Of a stretch of DNA of 64,000 nucleotides, positions 52,600 to 64,000 are shown one piece after another; the stretch's first letter is position 1, and each line of letters begins with the position of its first letter. The stretch spans positions 74,867,358 through 74,931,357 of the forward strand of contig NC_057719.1 in NCBI RefSeq assembly GCF_004010195.1, read 5' to 3'. Both the position numbers and the translations under genes were made by a program. The notes under the pieces were generated by a model, which ran no database searches, was not told the origin of the DNA, and saw only the letters and a program-made list of their open reading frames with translations. The DNA is from Chiloscyllium plagiosum (Eukaryota).

Positions 52600-54050
52600 G
52601 GAGATGTCCGTCAAGCATCCAAGTTGTAGTTGCTTACTTTAATGATGACTTGCGAGAGTATCTGCTTCAGGCTGTTTGAGCCAGGAGAGGGGGCCTTTCT
52701 TTTACTCCCATCAGGCTTTGGGGGAAACTAAAGTCACACAGGAGGTCAGCACCGCGTAGTAGGCATCGACACCATGAGCAGTGCAGGAAAGGAATGACGA
52801 TCTCTCGCCGCCATCTTCTCACTACAATCCCCCAACTCCCCCCCACCCCCACCCATCACTCGGTCTAACTCTGCCAGTGTGCAGCCAAGTCAGTTGGCAT
52901 GCTCAACTCACTGTCACTTGCCTGATGTGCACTCCAGGGCTCACCAAAATTCAAGCACTTCCTGGGCACTCACTGGCACAGCCTCACAGGCCTATTGAGT
53001 GCGGGTGAGTGCACACACATTCCCATCGCCCTCTTTCTCTCTCTGTGCAGGACAAGCTTGTATACCATAGGCATGGGAGGGCTCTGACCAGCAGAGAGTC
53101 CCCACTCTCTGCACGCTGTGAGGAAGATGTGGTCTAACTGGCGGGTGAAGACCAAGACTGATGCCATGCTGCTGGAGAGATTGGCGTGGCAGACGCAAGT
53201 GAGGGGCTGCAGCCACTCTCACATATTCCTTAACATGGAGGCTTTGGCTTCTTCATCAACTACAGCTCCCCCTCCTCCACAGGAGTGAGTGGGCAACTGA
53301 TAGTGAAACGGGAGCGGGGGCTGTCCATCACAAGCAGCTCGGAGGATGAAGCCTGTGATACCTTTGAGATGTTTCACCACCACCCAGTCCGTCACCTCAG
53401 TGGGTAGCTAAGCTGAAGTAGGCTCAGGGACACCATCTGGTGAGCACATCACTGGCACGTGTCTGCAATTGGTGGAGGAAGGTCTCTAATACATCAAAGA
53501 CTGTTGGAGACCAGGCAGCTGTTTACCCCTGTGAATAAGCCATGTCTTTGTACTCAGCCATAACACCAAGATCCCCTAGGTACAGAAGAATGCTCAGTGT
53601 CTGCTGGATATGCTCTCGGACCAGTGCTTCCTCTCTCTGGTCATGGGTACTCAGTGGTGAGGCAGGATGGCGGTGAGGCACCATGATCTCTTTATCTCTC
53701 TCTCTCTCTCTCTCCCCCCTTCCACAGGAGGAGATGAGGTGATGTCAACAACAGGCAGTAAGGAGACACTGTGGGAGTCTCAGCTCAGCACGTTACAGAG
53801 GTTCCTTAGCCCTCTTTCCCCCCCTAGCAGATGGGGCCATTGGGGCCAAGGAGGTTGCTCCCCCCTCCCCCCATATTGTGTGCAGGAGATTCTTACCATC
53901 CTGGAGTCCTCCAGGTCCTGAGGACACAGAGGATATCTGCCAAGTTACCACGGTGCGTCAGTCTGTAGGCTATCTCCATCCTAGCTGTGAATGGCAGGCT
54001 TGCACTTGGATGTAGTAAAAGAAGAAGAAATCCTTTTCAAGGCACCTTGC
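52600..54050 (+). mobile_element. Decayed PIF/Harbinger-type element, spliced Myb/SANT-like (NAIF1/MSANTD-like) ORF remnant
   Basis: Translations AYFNDDLREYLLQAV*ARR (~52630), frameshifted QCRK..NDL (~52779-52803), acceptor ctctctgtgcAG at 53050 then DKLVYHRHGRALT...EEDVV*LAGEDQD, later TSVG..SGTPSGEHI. These resemble recalled shark Harbinger Myb ORFs. Multiple stops; no TIRs identified. Confidence 0.6.
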
Positions 54051-55749
54051 TGCCAGGGAGTTAAATTGATCAACATCAATGCAACACTTATAAATACCTG
54101 TGCATTTTCACTGTTCTAACATTGGCTGCAGTCACATGCTCCTGCCAGTTGTCCACACACAGCTATCTGTTGTGAAAGCAGTGCAGCGTCTCATGATAGG
54201 GAGAGACTGCCCTTGGGACACCTTTGAATGTGTGTCTGAATTAGTAACGTATGTGTCCTTGTAGTCCAGCAAGCTATGGACCCAGCCTTTGGGCAGTGCA
54301 TTCAAAGCTGCAGAGACGCAGTTCAGTTCCACCAGTTCAAGAGCAGCGTGTTGGGCCTGGGATCCCAACAGGGGTCCCACACGGACAATTCTGGAAAGTC
54401 ATGCTGGGAGGGGACATGCTGCAGGAACCAAAGGTTGCGATCTCCATTGGCAGACTGGGCATTCTCAGAGGGAGGTTAGCACACCAATCCCGTATGCACT
54501 TCATGGTGCTGACAACTCACTCATTGTACTGTTGCAATGGTCGTGCATTGTCAGTGTAGGATACCAATTTCCCACAGGATTGTAGGGTGAGAGGTGGCAG
54601 AATGGGGCTACTAACATCAGCTAGAATGCCATACACTTGGGGGAACCCTTCTTTAGGCCAAGCGAGTCTGCCTTCTCTTTAATGGTGTGCTGTTTCAGTA
54701 TATTGCAGTCTCCCCCCTGGGATCCTTGTTCACTGTGTAGCAGGGGCTGGGCTGTGCAGTTAACAGCAAAAAAATGCAGGGATGCCTCCTGTGGAGGTAT
54801 CACATCATGGGCAGATCGAAGAAGGACTTTGCTCCTCTTCCCGACAATGTTGCCAACGGAAACACTTCTCACTCACAGAGGTCTGTTGACCTGAGGATGC
54901 GGTGGCTTCCCAGCCAGCTGGTTCATAACAAATGCACCAGTTAAAGGAAGATGTCTGGGGAGCTCAGTCCACCTGGATGTGGGTGGTACTGAAGTCGCCA
55001 CATGCCTCTCTGGCTTGTCAGCCCATATCCCTGGCATCTCCGAGGGTCCTCCTGGGGCCACCTGAACATCTTCAGCTTCAGCTTCCTCCAGAGAAGAGAC
55101 CTTATCCTCCCCCATCTCTGCCCTGTCCCTATGCATACCTCTACCCTCCCCTTTTATGAGCCAGGTTATGAGCCGCAAGAGCGAAGTTCTGATGTGCCTG
55201 GGCTGTACTGCATTGTGCAGGCATCATGAATCTCCAATGGGCCAGCTCTTTCGGAGCACCATGACATGCACATGCTGACAGTGCAAATTGTCCAAGCTGC
55301 TGAGAGTATGCCAGTCCACCAACCCCACAGAGTGTCGTCAGCTTGGCCTTGGCATGATGGTGTACACAGCAAACATAAGCAGCTCGTGGGAATTTGTTTC
55401 ATTCCTGCCCTGGACTATAAGTTGTCCTGTACCTGCCATTTTCCAGTTTGGGTTGGTCCAGGGAGACAGTTTGCACGTCTTGGAAAAGTGAGTGCATGTG
55501 CCGGTGAGGATTATTTCAAGGGCAAGGCAGCAAGTTCTTATCTCGAGGTTCCCCGGTGGGAAGACGCCTGCTTTTAGCTGTCGGGTTGCTGAGGTCTTAA
55601 GCTGAGTGACTGGGTGCAAATCAATTGGGAAGATGGAATTAATTCCAGCAAATCATGGTATTAGTGAGAAGCAAATGCACACAGACAGGCTTCCTGCTAT
55701 CTTTCAGTGACATACCTGACCCACCACCTGAATAGGGAGAACAGAGAGT

Positions 55750-56080
55750 GGGTGGCACAGTGACTCAGTGTTTAACATTGCTGCCTCACAGCACTGGGGA
55801 CTTGGGTTTGATACCACCCTCAGATGACTGTCTGGGTGGAGTTTGCACATTCTCCTTGTGTCTGTGTGGATTTCCTCCCATAGTCCAAAGATGTGCAGGT
55901 TAGGGTAGATTGGCCAGGGTAAATTGCCCATAGTGTACAGGGATGTGCAGTCTAGGTGGATTAGCCATGGGAAACGCAGGATAATAGGGTAGGGTGGTGG
56001 GTGTGAATGGGATGCTGTTTGGAGAGTTAGTGTTGACTTAATGGGCTGAATGGCCTGCTTCCACACTGTAGGGATTCTAA
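55750..56080 (+). mobile_element. HE1-type SINE
   Basis: ggtggcacagtgactcagtg head, conserved core, cacactgtagggattcta tail. Confidence 0.88.
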
Positions 56081-56869
56081 TAATGGACTGAAGACTTTCT
56101 TGAATGCAGGAATTCAACTTGTTGTCACTTGTCTGGTTAAGCACACCAGCGGGTTACCTTGCCACCAGGTAGGGACTGGGAAATCCCTAGTCTATAGGGT
56201 GCCCAGTTTATTGAGAGCTCGAGTTGAAATTGGTCTCCTTGCTGCATACCAGGGATGAAAACCGTGAAACCCTGTAATGAGCTTCATTTCCTCAGTTTCC
56301 TGCTCAAGGTGTCTACTCTTTGCGAGTGTCGGCAGGTTGATTGACTGCGAGGACTGTGGATTGGTTGGACCGAGGGGTCTGTGCTGTATGACTCGACAAC
56401 TGAATCCGATTCCATCCTCATCCAGTGCAGGAGATTGGTCAGGAAAAGGAGCAAGAATCTCTTTCTGTTCCTGCCTTGAGGTATTGAGGCAAACTGGGCT
56501 CCTGCTCCGTCACTGTCACCTCAGCTGAAACCAATTGAAGCCGTCCAGACCAAGGTTACTGAGTTTTATTAAAAGGTGGTTCCATATACTCTGATACAGA
56601 GATTACAACAATTTGCTGAAGAATTGATGAGGGTTAAACCCTCAATATGCTTTTGTTTTGTTTGTTAACTTTATGGCAAAACAATACTATTATATAATGA
56701 ATGAGTCCAACATTCTTCTAAGTAACTTTCACAGTTCCATTCTAAGGTGTTAGCTCAGACCTAGCTGGATTGGGCATGATGTTCGTATACTTGATACCAG
56801 ATGCAAATGCAATCTACTCAGAACAGGGTCATGCCGGAATGTTCCGAGGAGCACAGCCGTGTCTTCCCT

Positions 56870-57150
56870 GAAGAGGTGAAACATTCATGGAGACCCTGGC
56901 TTGCGACCGATCGAAATGAGAAGGCTCATTCAGGAACACATTGAGTGATGTTGCCCAGGAATATGCAGGGGTGAAATTGAGGCATGAAGAGAGGGCGTAG
57001 ATCTCCCTCTCAATGACCCATCCACCTGACCCTTCAAGCACTGCCTGCCCCCATGTGTGAACAGAATTTGGTTGGCACTTAATGCCTTATCTCAGAGCAC
57101 ATCGCACTGGAGTGTAGGTGAGTCACCCTCAATCTCCAGGGACTGCCAAA
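56870..57150 (+). mobile_element. RTE-clade LINE 3' remnant
   Basis: tggagaccctggcttgcgaccgatcgaaatgagaagg reads ETLACDRSK*RR, like the RTE C-terminal WExLAxDRxxWR motif. Confidence 0.45.
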
Positions 57151-57746
57151 GGAGTCCTTTATGATTTTGCCTCCTGACTTGTTTTGATAGCACAGGCATG
57201 GAGTCCCAAGATTGTAATGCTAGAAACGGCAGTGAAGCTGACTTCATCGTCTGAGTGTGGGTGTACTGACTTTGATTCAGAGCGCTCTTTGTGCAGTGAA
57301 TGGCAGCTGTACCAACATTCTTGGCTCTGTTGAACTGGTTTTATTTTGATCTACCTGTCAAATTATTGTCATCTGCGTTATTTAGCAAAGTGACATGTCG
57401 ACAGGGTGAGTCGCACCAATGGCAGCCAACACTGTGTTTTGCTCCAAAACAAACATTGCTCACTTGCCCTGCTTTCCCAGTCAAGGTGCCTGGAGAGTTT
57501 CAGATTGCAGGAGAGTGTTGATTGACATGAACTCCTTCAGGCGCCTTTTTTCTGGAAATTGTTATGCCATCTGTGAAAAGACATTCCGAGATATTATTTT
57601 AAGACACATTTGGCCTTCGTAACTACTGTATTGCAAAACTGTTGTCCTTCAGAGATTGAGGTTGTCAAAAATCGAGCTTGCTGGTTTTATTGCACAGTCT
57701 GTCCCAGTGTTTGGTGTTTTTTCATGTAGGATTCTTTTATTATCAG

Positions 57747-57918
57747 TTTCTAATAGGAGACCGCGACCAAGACTTGGAGTGCAATGTCCATTGTACTGGC
57801 TCTCAGCTGAAGCCCCTCTGTGTGTCGGATGGTCGGACATATGAATCGAGATGTGATTACCTGAGGGCCAAGTGTAGGGACTCAACACTGGAGATCACGC
57901 ATCGAGGCAGATGTAAAG
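57747..57918 (+). CDS. SMOC1: SMOC1 exon 2, Kazal/follistatin-like domain: FLIGDRDQDLECNVHCTGSQLKPLCVSDGRTYESRCDYLRAKCRDSTLEITHRGRCK
   Basis: Acceptor ttcttttattatcAG at 57745-57746; donor G|GTAACT at 57919. 172 nt, phase 0 to 1. Six-Cys Kazal pattern with PLCxSDGRTY and HRGRCK typical of SMOC proteins. Confidence 0.96.
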
Positions 57919-58854
57919 GTAACTCACTTGCCCTCTCCCCATCCTTCACAGTCTCACAGATAATGGGTGAGCCAATAGCTATTTGTTGTCCACTGAATCA
58001 TCACAATAAGCTGGTAAATCTCACTGGGAGATTCCAATTGGCTACATCACAGTGCTCTGAGGATGATGGAGGCCATGTTTTATTTTAGGCATTATTGGGG
58101 CGACAGAATAGACATGGAATCATGAGGACAGAAGGTTATTTTACCTTCGCTCTTTGAAAGAGCTATCCGTCTAGAGTCCACTTCCTTGTTGTCTCCCCAC
58201 AGCTTCTTACTCTTAAATTTTATATTCAAGTAGCTTCTGAAAGTCACTATTGAATCTGCGTTCACTACTGTTTCAGGCAGTGCATTGCAGATTATGGCAA
58301 CTCAAAGAAATCCTCGCCTTCCCAACCATCACCACCTCCCCCCCTGCCCCCACACCACCACCCCCACCACCATCACCGCTGCCACCATGCTGATTCTTTT
58401 AAGAGTTATCTTAAATCTGTTTCCTCTAGTTACAGATTGTCTTGGAAACAGTTTCTTTCTACCTGCTGTATAAAGTCTTTATAATGTGGCCTACTTTTTC
58501 CCTTAATGGCCCCCACTTGGAGAGAAAGCAGCCCCAGTCTATTTAAATAACTGAAGTTGCTCATCTCAATGATCTTCTGAGTAAAAATCCACTGTCAGCT
58601 CCTGTGAGTCTGGATGTCCTTCCTAATATGTGGGTCTCACAACTGTTCAGGTGAGGCCCACCTCGTGATTTGCAAATATTTACAGTGAATATCATTTGGA
58701 AAGAAAGTGTGATGAATGGTCAATCCCATATTGCATGTTTTGCATTAATACTCCCTAACCTGCCTGTTTCACCCCATTTCATATCCTTGATCTGTTTGGG
58801 CTCATCATTGTGACAACAATTGCTGCATCATGATAGGCTGGCCTGTTCAGTCAA

Positions 58855-59208
58855 TCATAGAGTCTGTGCAGTATGGAAGCAGGCCATTCAGCCCATCGAG
58901 TTCCTCCCAACCTTCCCGAAGATCATCCCACCCAGATGCACCCCTTACCCTATCCCTTTAACTCTACATTTCCCATGGCTAACCCACCTAGCCTGCACAT
59001 CCTGAACACTATGGGCAATTTAACATGGCCAATCCACCTAAGCTGCACATCTTTGGACTGTGGGAGGAAGACGGAGCACCTGGGGGGAAACCTTCGCAGA
59101 CACGAGGAGAATGTGCAAACCCCACACGTACAGTCATTCCAGTTTGGAATTGAGGAGGGGTCCCTGTTGCTGTGAGGTAGCAGTGCTAACCACTGAGCCA
59201 CCATGCTG
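58855..59208 (-). mobile_element. HE1-type SINE in SMOC1 intron 2
   Basis: Reverse-complement core and head gcagtgctaaccactgagccacc. Confidence 0.88.
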
Positions 59209-60074
59209 CTCCTAATCCCTCACTGTCATGGTGTCACCACAAGCTGGTAACTTGTTTTCACAGGCTTTCCACTGCCAGCATTCTCTGTTTAGGTAAGGAA
59301 GCACAGGCATTCACTGTAACAGCAACTGCAGCCTCTCACAGCCAGCAAGGCCTGGAGCGAGACTCCAACTTGGGACTTCTCTGGGCTAGAGGCAGAGAGT
59401 GTAACCCATTGACCCTGCCTAGTTCCCTGGTTTTGTGATTCACTCAATGCTGTAAAATGATTTTAAACTCAAAGAATGAATAAATCTGGAACAGGTCTCA
59501 GTAATAGTCTAAAAGGATATGGCCAAACGTAAGCAATTTAGTTTGGGAAAACTGTTGGTATGGGCCAGTTGTCTGTTTCTGTGCTGCATGACTCTGTAAT
59601 GGGGATTGTGACAATATGTTCAAGATCCTGAACAAAAAATTAATAAATCAGCTAATCTGAATCAAAGTAATTCAGAATATAACAATCTGTTCTGTTGACG
59701 TTAAATAATATTTTGTTGATTGCTTTGAATGTGTTTAGAAGTCTCCCTTAATAAGTGATATGATTTTTTAATTGCCCTCTTTTCTTGTATTTAGGCGCAA
59801 GTTTAGACTAGAGATCTGCTCATTTTTTAGGTCTGGTACTGCGTGGGGCTCTTGATACAGAGGGAAAGGAGAGTAAAAGAAGGAGGGGATGACTCAAACC
59901 GTTAATCTGAGACCAAAACCTCATTTCTGGCCTCATGCTGGGATCTATGTTTTGAAGGGTGTGGGGTGAGAATCCTCAGAAAAGCTTTTGGGGAAGCGGA
60001 ATATATTTGGTTCATGCTAAAGGCCATCCTCTGTAAATACAAGAATCAAAACAAAGTCTCCTTCATCTTTACAG

Positions 60075-60190
60075 AATCCGGTCCAACCAAATGTCGGACA
60101 GAAAGGGCGCAGCAAGCACAGGAACAGGCCAAAAAACCGCAGGAACCAGTTTTCATTCCCGAATGTAATGAAGATGGCTCATTCGCTCAG
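60075..60190 (+). CDS. SMOC1: SMOC1 exon 3, start of thyroglobulin type-1 domain: (E)SGPTKCRTERAQQAQEQAKKPQEPVFIPECNEDGSFAQ
   Basis: Acceptor ctccttcatctttacAG at 60073-60074; donor CAG|GTACTG at 60191. 116 nt, phase 1 to 0, in frame with exon 2. Close to recalled SMOC1 KCRLERAQALEQAKKPQEAVFVPECGEDGSFTQ. Confidence 0.96.
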
Positions 60191-61693
60191 GTACTGTCAT
60201 GGTGAACAAGTGTAGGCCCTGGTCAGTTGTGAAGCAGTCACATCCCATTTATAGTTAAAGTTTCCATGACAAAGTTCCATGGAAGCACCTTGGGACATTT
60301 CACAAAGTTAAAGGCAATGTACAAATGCAAGTTTGTTGTTGTAAAGTACCCACAGCCTCATTGTACTTGTATTCTGGACGTGAATCTGTCTGAGTTCGCT
60401 TTACCAGCTTTCTAATATTAAGTTGTCTGCTTCCCTCTTTTTGTTGAAGTAAACCAATTTTGGGGATTTATTATCACTTCCTGCACCCATAAAGTATTCG
60501 CTTTTGCACAGCAGTTCTGTGGAGAAAAAATGCAAAGAGATTTAATTTTGTTTGCTATCACAAAACATCATGAATTGATTTTTGCTGAGGCATAGAAGTT
60601 CAGAACATTTGAGGCCTTATTCCCATTGAAAACAGACTGCCAATATTTCTCCATAGAATGTGAATGTGAGCCAACCATGTGATGGAATCAGAGAGGTGAC
60701 TGTATCTCACCCGTAGCCTTGCTGTTCAGGAATTATGTTAACAGCTCTACTTGTGGAGGTATTAAGTTGATGCCGTTAGTTTTGAGATGCATTTCTCAAT
60801 CAATAATGCACAGTATCGTATCTGTCAATATATAAATATGCACTTGACATCGACTTTACAGCCACAAAGCAAGCCATTCAGCCCATCCTGTCTATGCTGG
60901 TGTTTATACTACACCCTAGCCACTTTCTGTTCTTTTTACTTCACCCAGTAAACCCCTTCTACCGCACCTTTCTCTCTGCTGTGCTTACCTCTTAAATCAG
61001 TCAATGGTTTTGACCTCAACTGCTCTAGGAGGTGAAAGTGAGTACTGCATGTGCTGGAGATCAGAGTCAAGATTAGAGTGGTGCTAGAAAAGCACAGCAG
61101 GTCAGGCAGCATCCGAGGAGCAGGAAAATCGACGTTTTGGGCAAAAGCCCTTCATCAGGAGGTGACGAGTCCCGTGTCCTCTGACAGTAATAATTTGTAC
61201 AATCAGCTACCTTTGAAGGCAGACCCAGTCTTTGTGATTCTCAACCCTTATGATTCCCAAGCTACGTGAGGAATAGCTTCATATTTCCCCACAGAGCTTC
61301 AATACCCTCTTGATTTGTTGGAGGAGACCATTAAAAATGGCACATTGTTAATTCTCTCCTGATCCTACATTGTTGGGCTATGAACCCTCACCCTGATCCA
61401 GTATTTCAGCTTGTAAACTTCAGCGAGTACTACCAACAAGGTCAAGCTGATACCTGTTGTATCATATGTGTCAAAGAAATAATCATGCATTTCTGTTTCA
61501 GTTTATTCCTCCCTTACTCCTTTTGTTCTGCTGCTCCATCTGTTGTGAGCATTTCTTTTGGTAAGTTAGTCATTGAAGATGGAACATATCTGCAAGTGAT
61601 GGAAGCATTGATGTGGTTGTTTAGTGTAGGGTTGACAGAAGGAAGCAATTGGGTCAAAAGTGTTTGTCTTCTGGAAGTGAGGTGGTGGTTGGA

Positions 61694-61877
61694 CATATCT
61701 TTGTTATCATCATCAGTTTTCCTTCGTGATCAAAGATGGCTGTTTCATGTTTTTATAGAGTCATCATCTTTGTTATCATCATCAGTTTTCCTTCGTGATC
61801 AAAGGCATATCTTTGTTATCATCATCAGTTTTCCTTCGTGATCAAAGATGGCTGTTTCATGTTTTTATAGAGTCATC
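61694..61877. repeat. Perfect local tandem duplication: 72 bp + 39 bp partial + 72 bp
   Basis: 61694-61765 equals 61806-61877; the core atctttgttatcatcatcagttttccttcgtgatcaaag also occurs at 61766-61804. Confidence 0.95.
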
Positions 61878-61894
61878 TGTTGTGCATTTTAAAA

Positions 61895-62499
61895 TGTGTA
61901 TGGACTAGACCAAACCCCCTCAAAATATATTAAGAAGATAATCTAGACCCTAACCTTTTCTTAATTTAAAACTAAGCGTTTTCCAGAAACAATTCAATTG
62001 GTCAAATCAGTAGATTTGAAGCAAACCACACTTTATTCATTTACTAGGAAAGAAAGAAGAAATTGAAGTAACTTAATACTGCTGGAAAACTTAACAGAAT
62101 AAAAGGTTATTGAACTCCTAAACAGAAACTGTTCCCGGATGGTAACATTGCACAAAGACACCCTTGACAAAGGAAAATTCAGACAAAGAAGGATTGCTTC
62201 ACATGCAACTCCAGCAGCAGGAAGAGAACCCCCAGCTTTTAACTGTAACCGAGAGAGAGAGATAAAACAGCTTCCATTTCTTCAAGATCCCAGTAACTGC
62301 TACTGAAAGCTAAAAATAAAATCCTGGATCCGTCTATGCTTGACCCCACCCATTCAGGCTGCTTCTATTGTTCCAATTTTAAAAAGGCCTCCCAACCTGT
62401 TTACTTTATTGGTTTCAAATAGACAGCTCTGTCTTAAAACCTTTCTTCAAAAAAAAATTTTGGACAAAATACGCCTTTTAAAGTTATTGTATCATCACA
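61895..62499 (-). mobile_element. Probable solo LTR (~600 bp)
   Basis: TG...CA ends with imperfect terminal inverted repeat (tgtgtatg / catcaca), reverse AATAAA (tttatt) at ~62032, non-coding. No TSD found. Confidence 0.4.
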
Positions 62500-62869
62500 G
62501 TTGGCAATGGAGTGTGCTTGCAGACTGACTCCATGGGCAAGGATGAATTGTCTGATTCTGTTGGGACTGGCCAGACTTATGTTTTTTTTTCTTTTAATTG
62601 CTGCTTCTGTTTGAAAGAAGCAGCGGCAATATTTGAGATTGCGACTCAGGTAGATCCTCCTTGTGCATTTTACTCCCAGTCTGTTATGGCTGTGCTACAT
62701 TTAGAGTCATAGAGATGTACAGCATGGAAACACACCCTTCGGTCCAACTTGTCCATGCCGACCAGATATCTCAATCCGGCACCTGGCTTAACCCTCCAAA
62801 CCCTTCCAGATGCCTTTTAGATGTTGCAATTGTACCAGCCTGATGATGATACGGAAAATGCCACTTGCT

Positions 62870-63450
62870 GATATTCGTGCCGTTGTGTGCACTGTGGACA
62901 TGGCTTTCAAAGGATCAATTACTGTTTTACAAAATTAGCTAACAATCAGTTTAAGAGAGACAAAGATGCACATGCAAACGTCCCTAAGTTGTGACTACGC
63001 CACCTACTAGAACGATCGGTGACACACCCTGAAGGCTGCAGATAACTTCAACCATTGCAGAAGCACAAGTTCCAGAAATGTCCAGTCATTGGAACTGCAG
63101 AGTGAGATCAGCAATTTCCCACTTGTGCAAGAGATAGTGGAGGAAACAAGGTATCACACTTACAACGAACAGCTGAACTGTGATAATACCTACCCTCCTA
63201 TACAGCGGTGAAACATGAACTACCTACTCCGGATATATTAAGCAGTTGGACAGATTCCCTATGAACCATCCTGAAAATTGTAGGTATGCAATGGGAGATC
63301 AAAGTGCCCAACATTGAGGTACTCCAAAGAGCAGGAATGTCTGATACTGAAGCACTCATCATGACAGCACAGCTCACATATAGTGGACATGTCGCTCATA
63401 TGACCGCTAATAAAATCTCTAAGGCAGTCAACGTAAAATTGGGACAATGT
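62870..63450 (+). mobile_element. RTE-clade LINE remnant
   Basis: WRKQGITL, TVIIPTLLYSGET*TTYSGYIKQLDRF, QWEIKVPNIEVLQRAGM, AQLTYSGHVAHM match the RTE post-RT motifs LLYGxETW, W..VxNxEVL and LRWxGHV. Confidence 0.7.
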
Positions 63451-63509
63451 AAGTAACACGGTTCAAGTTCTCCTTGACAGTACTGTTCAGGAAATGATAC
63501 AAATATCAA

Positions 63510-64000
63510 GGTATAGTTAGTAAGTTTGCAAAATTGGAGGTGTAGTGGACAGAGAAGAAGGTTACCTCAGATTACAACTGGATCTTGATCAGATGGGCCA
63601 ATGGTTTGAGGAGTGGCAGATGGAGTTTATTTTGGATAAATGTGAGGTGCTGCATTTTGGGAAAGCAAATCTTAGCAGGACATATATATTTAATGCTAAG
63701 GGAGTGTTGCTGAACAAAGAGATCTTGGAGTGCAGGTTCATAGCTCCTTGAAAGTGGAGTCGCAGGTAGATAGGATAGTGAAGAAGATGTTTGATATGCT
63801 TTCTTTTATTGGTCAGAGTATTGAGTGCAAGAGTTGGGAGGTGTTGGGAGGTCATGTTGCAGCTGAACAGGATGTTGGTTAGGCCACTGTTGAAATATTG
63901 CGGGCAATTCTGGTCTCCTTCCTATTGGAAGGATGTTGTGACACTTTAAAGGATTCAAAAAAGATTGACAAGGATGTTGCCAGGGTTGGAGGATTTGAGC
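63510..64000 (+). mobile_element. CR1/HER1 LINE fragment running off the window end (short minus-strand 3' piece also at 62703-62840)
   Basis: LRLQLDLDQMGQW, WQMEF..DKCEVLHFGK. Confidence 0.9.

Noticed and set aside
57678..58088. 136-aa single-exon Kazal protein with hydrophobic N-terminus
   Set aside because: Only 57747-57918 is exon; the flanks are intron read-through. The true signal peptide is at 33762. The same applies to ORF 59966-60205.
33762..60190. Assignment as SMOC2
   Set aside because: The exon 1/2 junction (GPR|FLIxDRD) and exon 3 match SMOC1 much better; SMOC2-like traits are limited to part of exon 2.
61694..61877. Three 39-bp direct repeats as a CRISPR-like array
   Set aside because: The intervening sequences are identical or absent rather than unique spacers; eukaryotic intron; no cas genes.
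60191..64000. SMOC1 exon 4 (expected VQCH..GYCWCV)
   Set aside because: Motif not found by eye or in the ORF track; presumably downstream of the window.

Overview
Vertebrate (shark) genomic DNA. It is dense in HE1-type tRNA SINEs with (CTAAT)n tails, HER1/CR1 LINE fragments, Penelope termini and Deu-domain SINEs; a bamboo/carpet shark is my inference from this repeat content. The only protein-coding gene I can support is the 5' part of SMOC1 on the + strand: exon 1 (signal peptide, 33762-33857, in a CpG-rich region), exon 2 (Kazal/follistatin-like domain, 57747-57918) and exon 3 (start of thyroglobulin type-1 domain, 60075-60190). The exons splice in frame via GT-AG introns of 23,889 and 2,156 bp; exon 4 is not seen and presumably lies beyond the window. 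The rest is intergenic or intronic. It includes a 5'-truncated L1-clade LINE with poly(A) and an 11-bp TSD, a decayed Harbinger-type element with a spliced Myb/SANT-like ORF, RTE remnants, a probable solo LTR and two assembly gaps. I found no convincing new biological system. The best observations are a SMOC1 Kazal exon with SMOC2-like features, a 41-bp templated insertion with a snap-back hairpin, a 135-bp duplication around a 52-bp Penelope fragment, and candidate regulatory and non-coding-exon signals upstream of SMOC1. Family and ortholog assignments rest on recalled consensus sequences, not searches, and most repeat boundaries are approximate.
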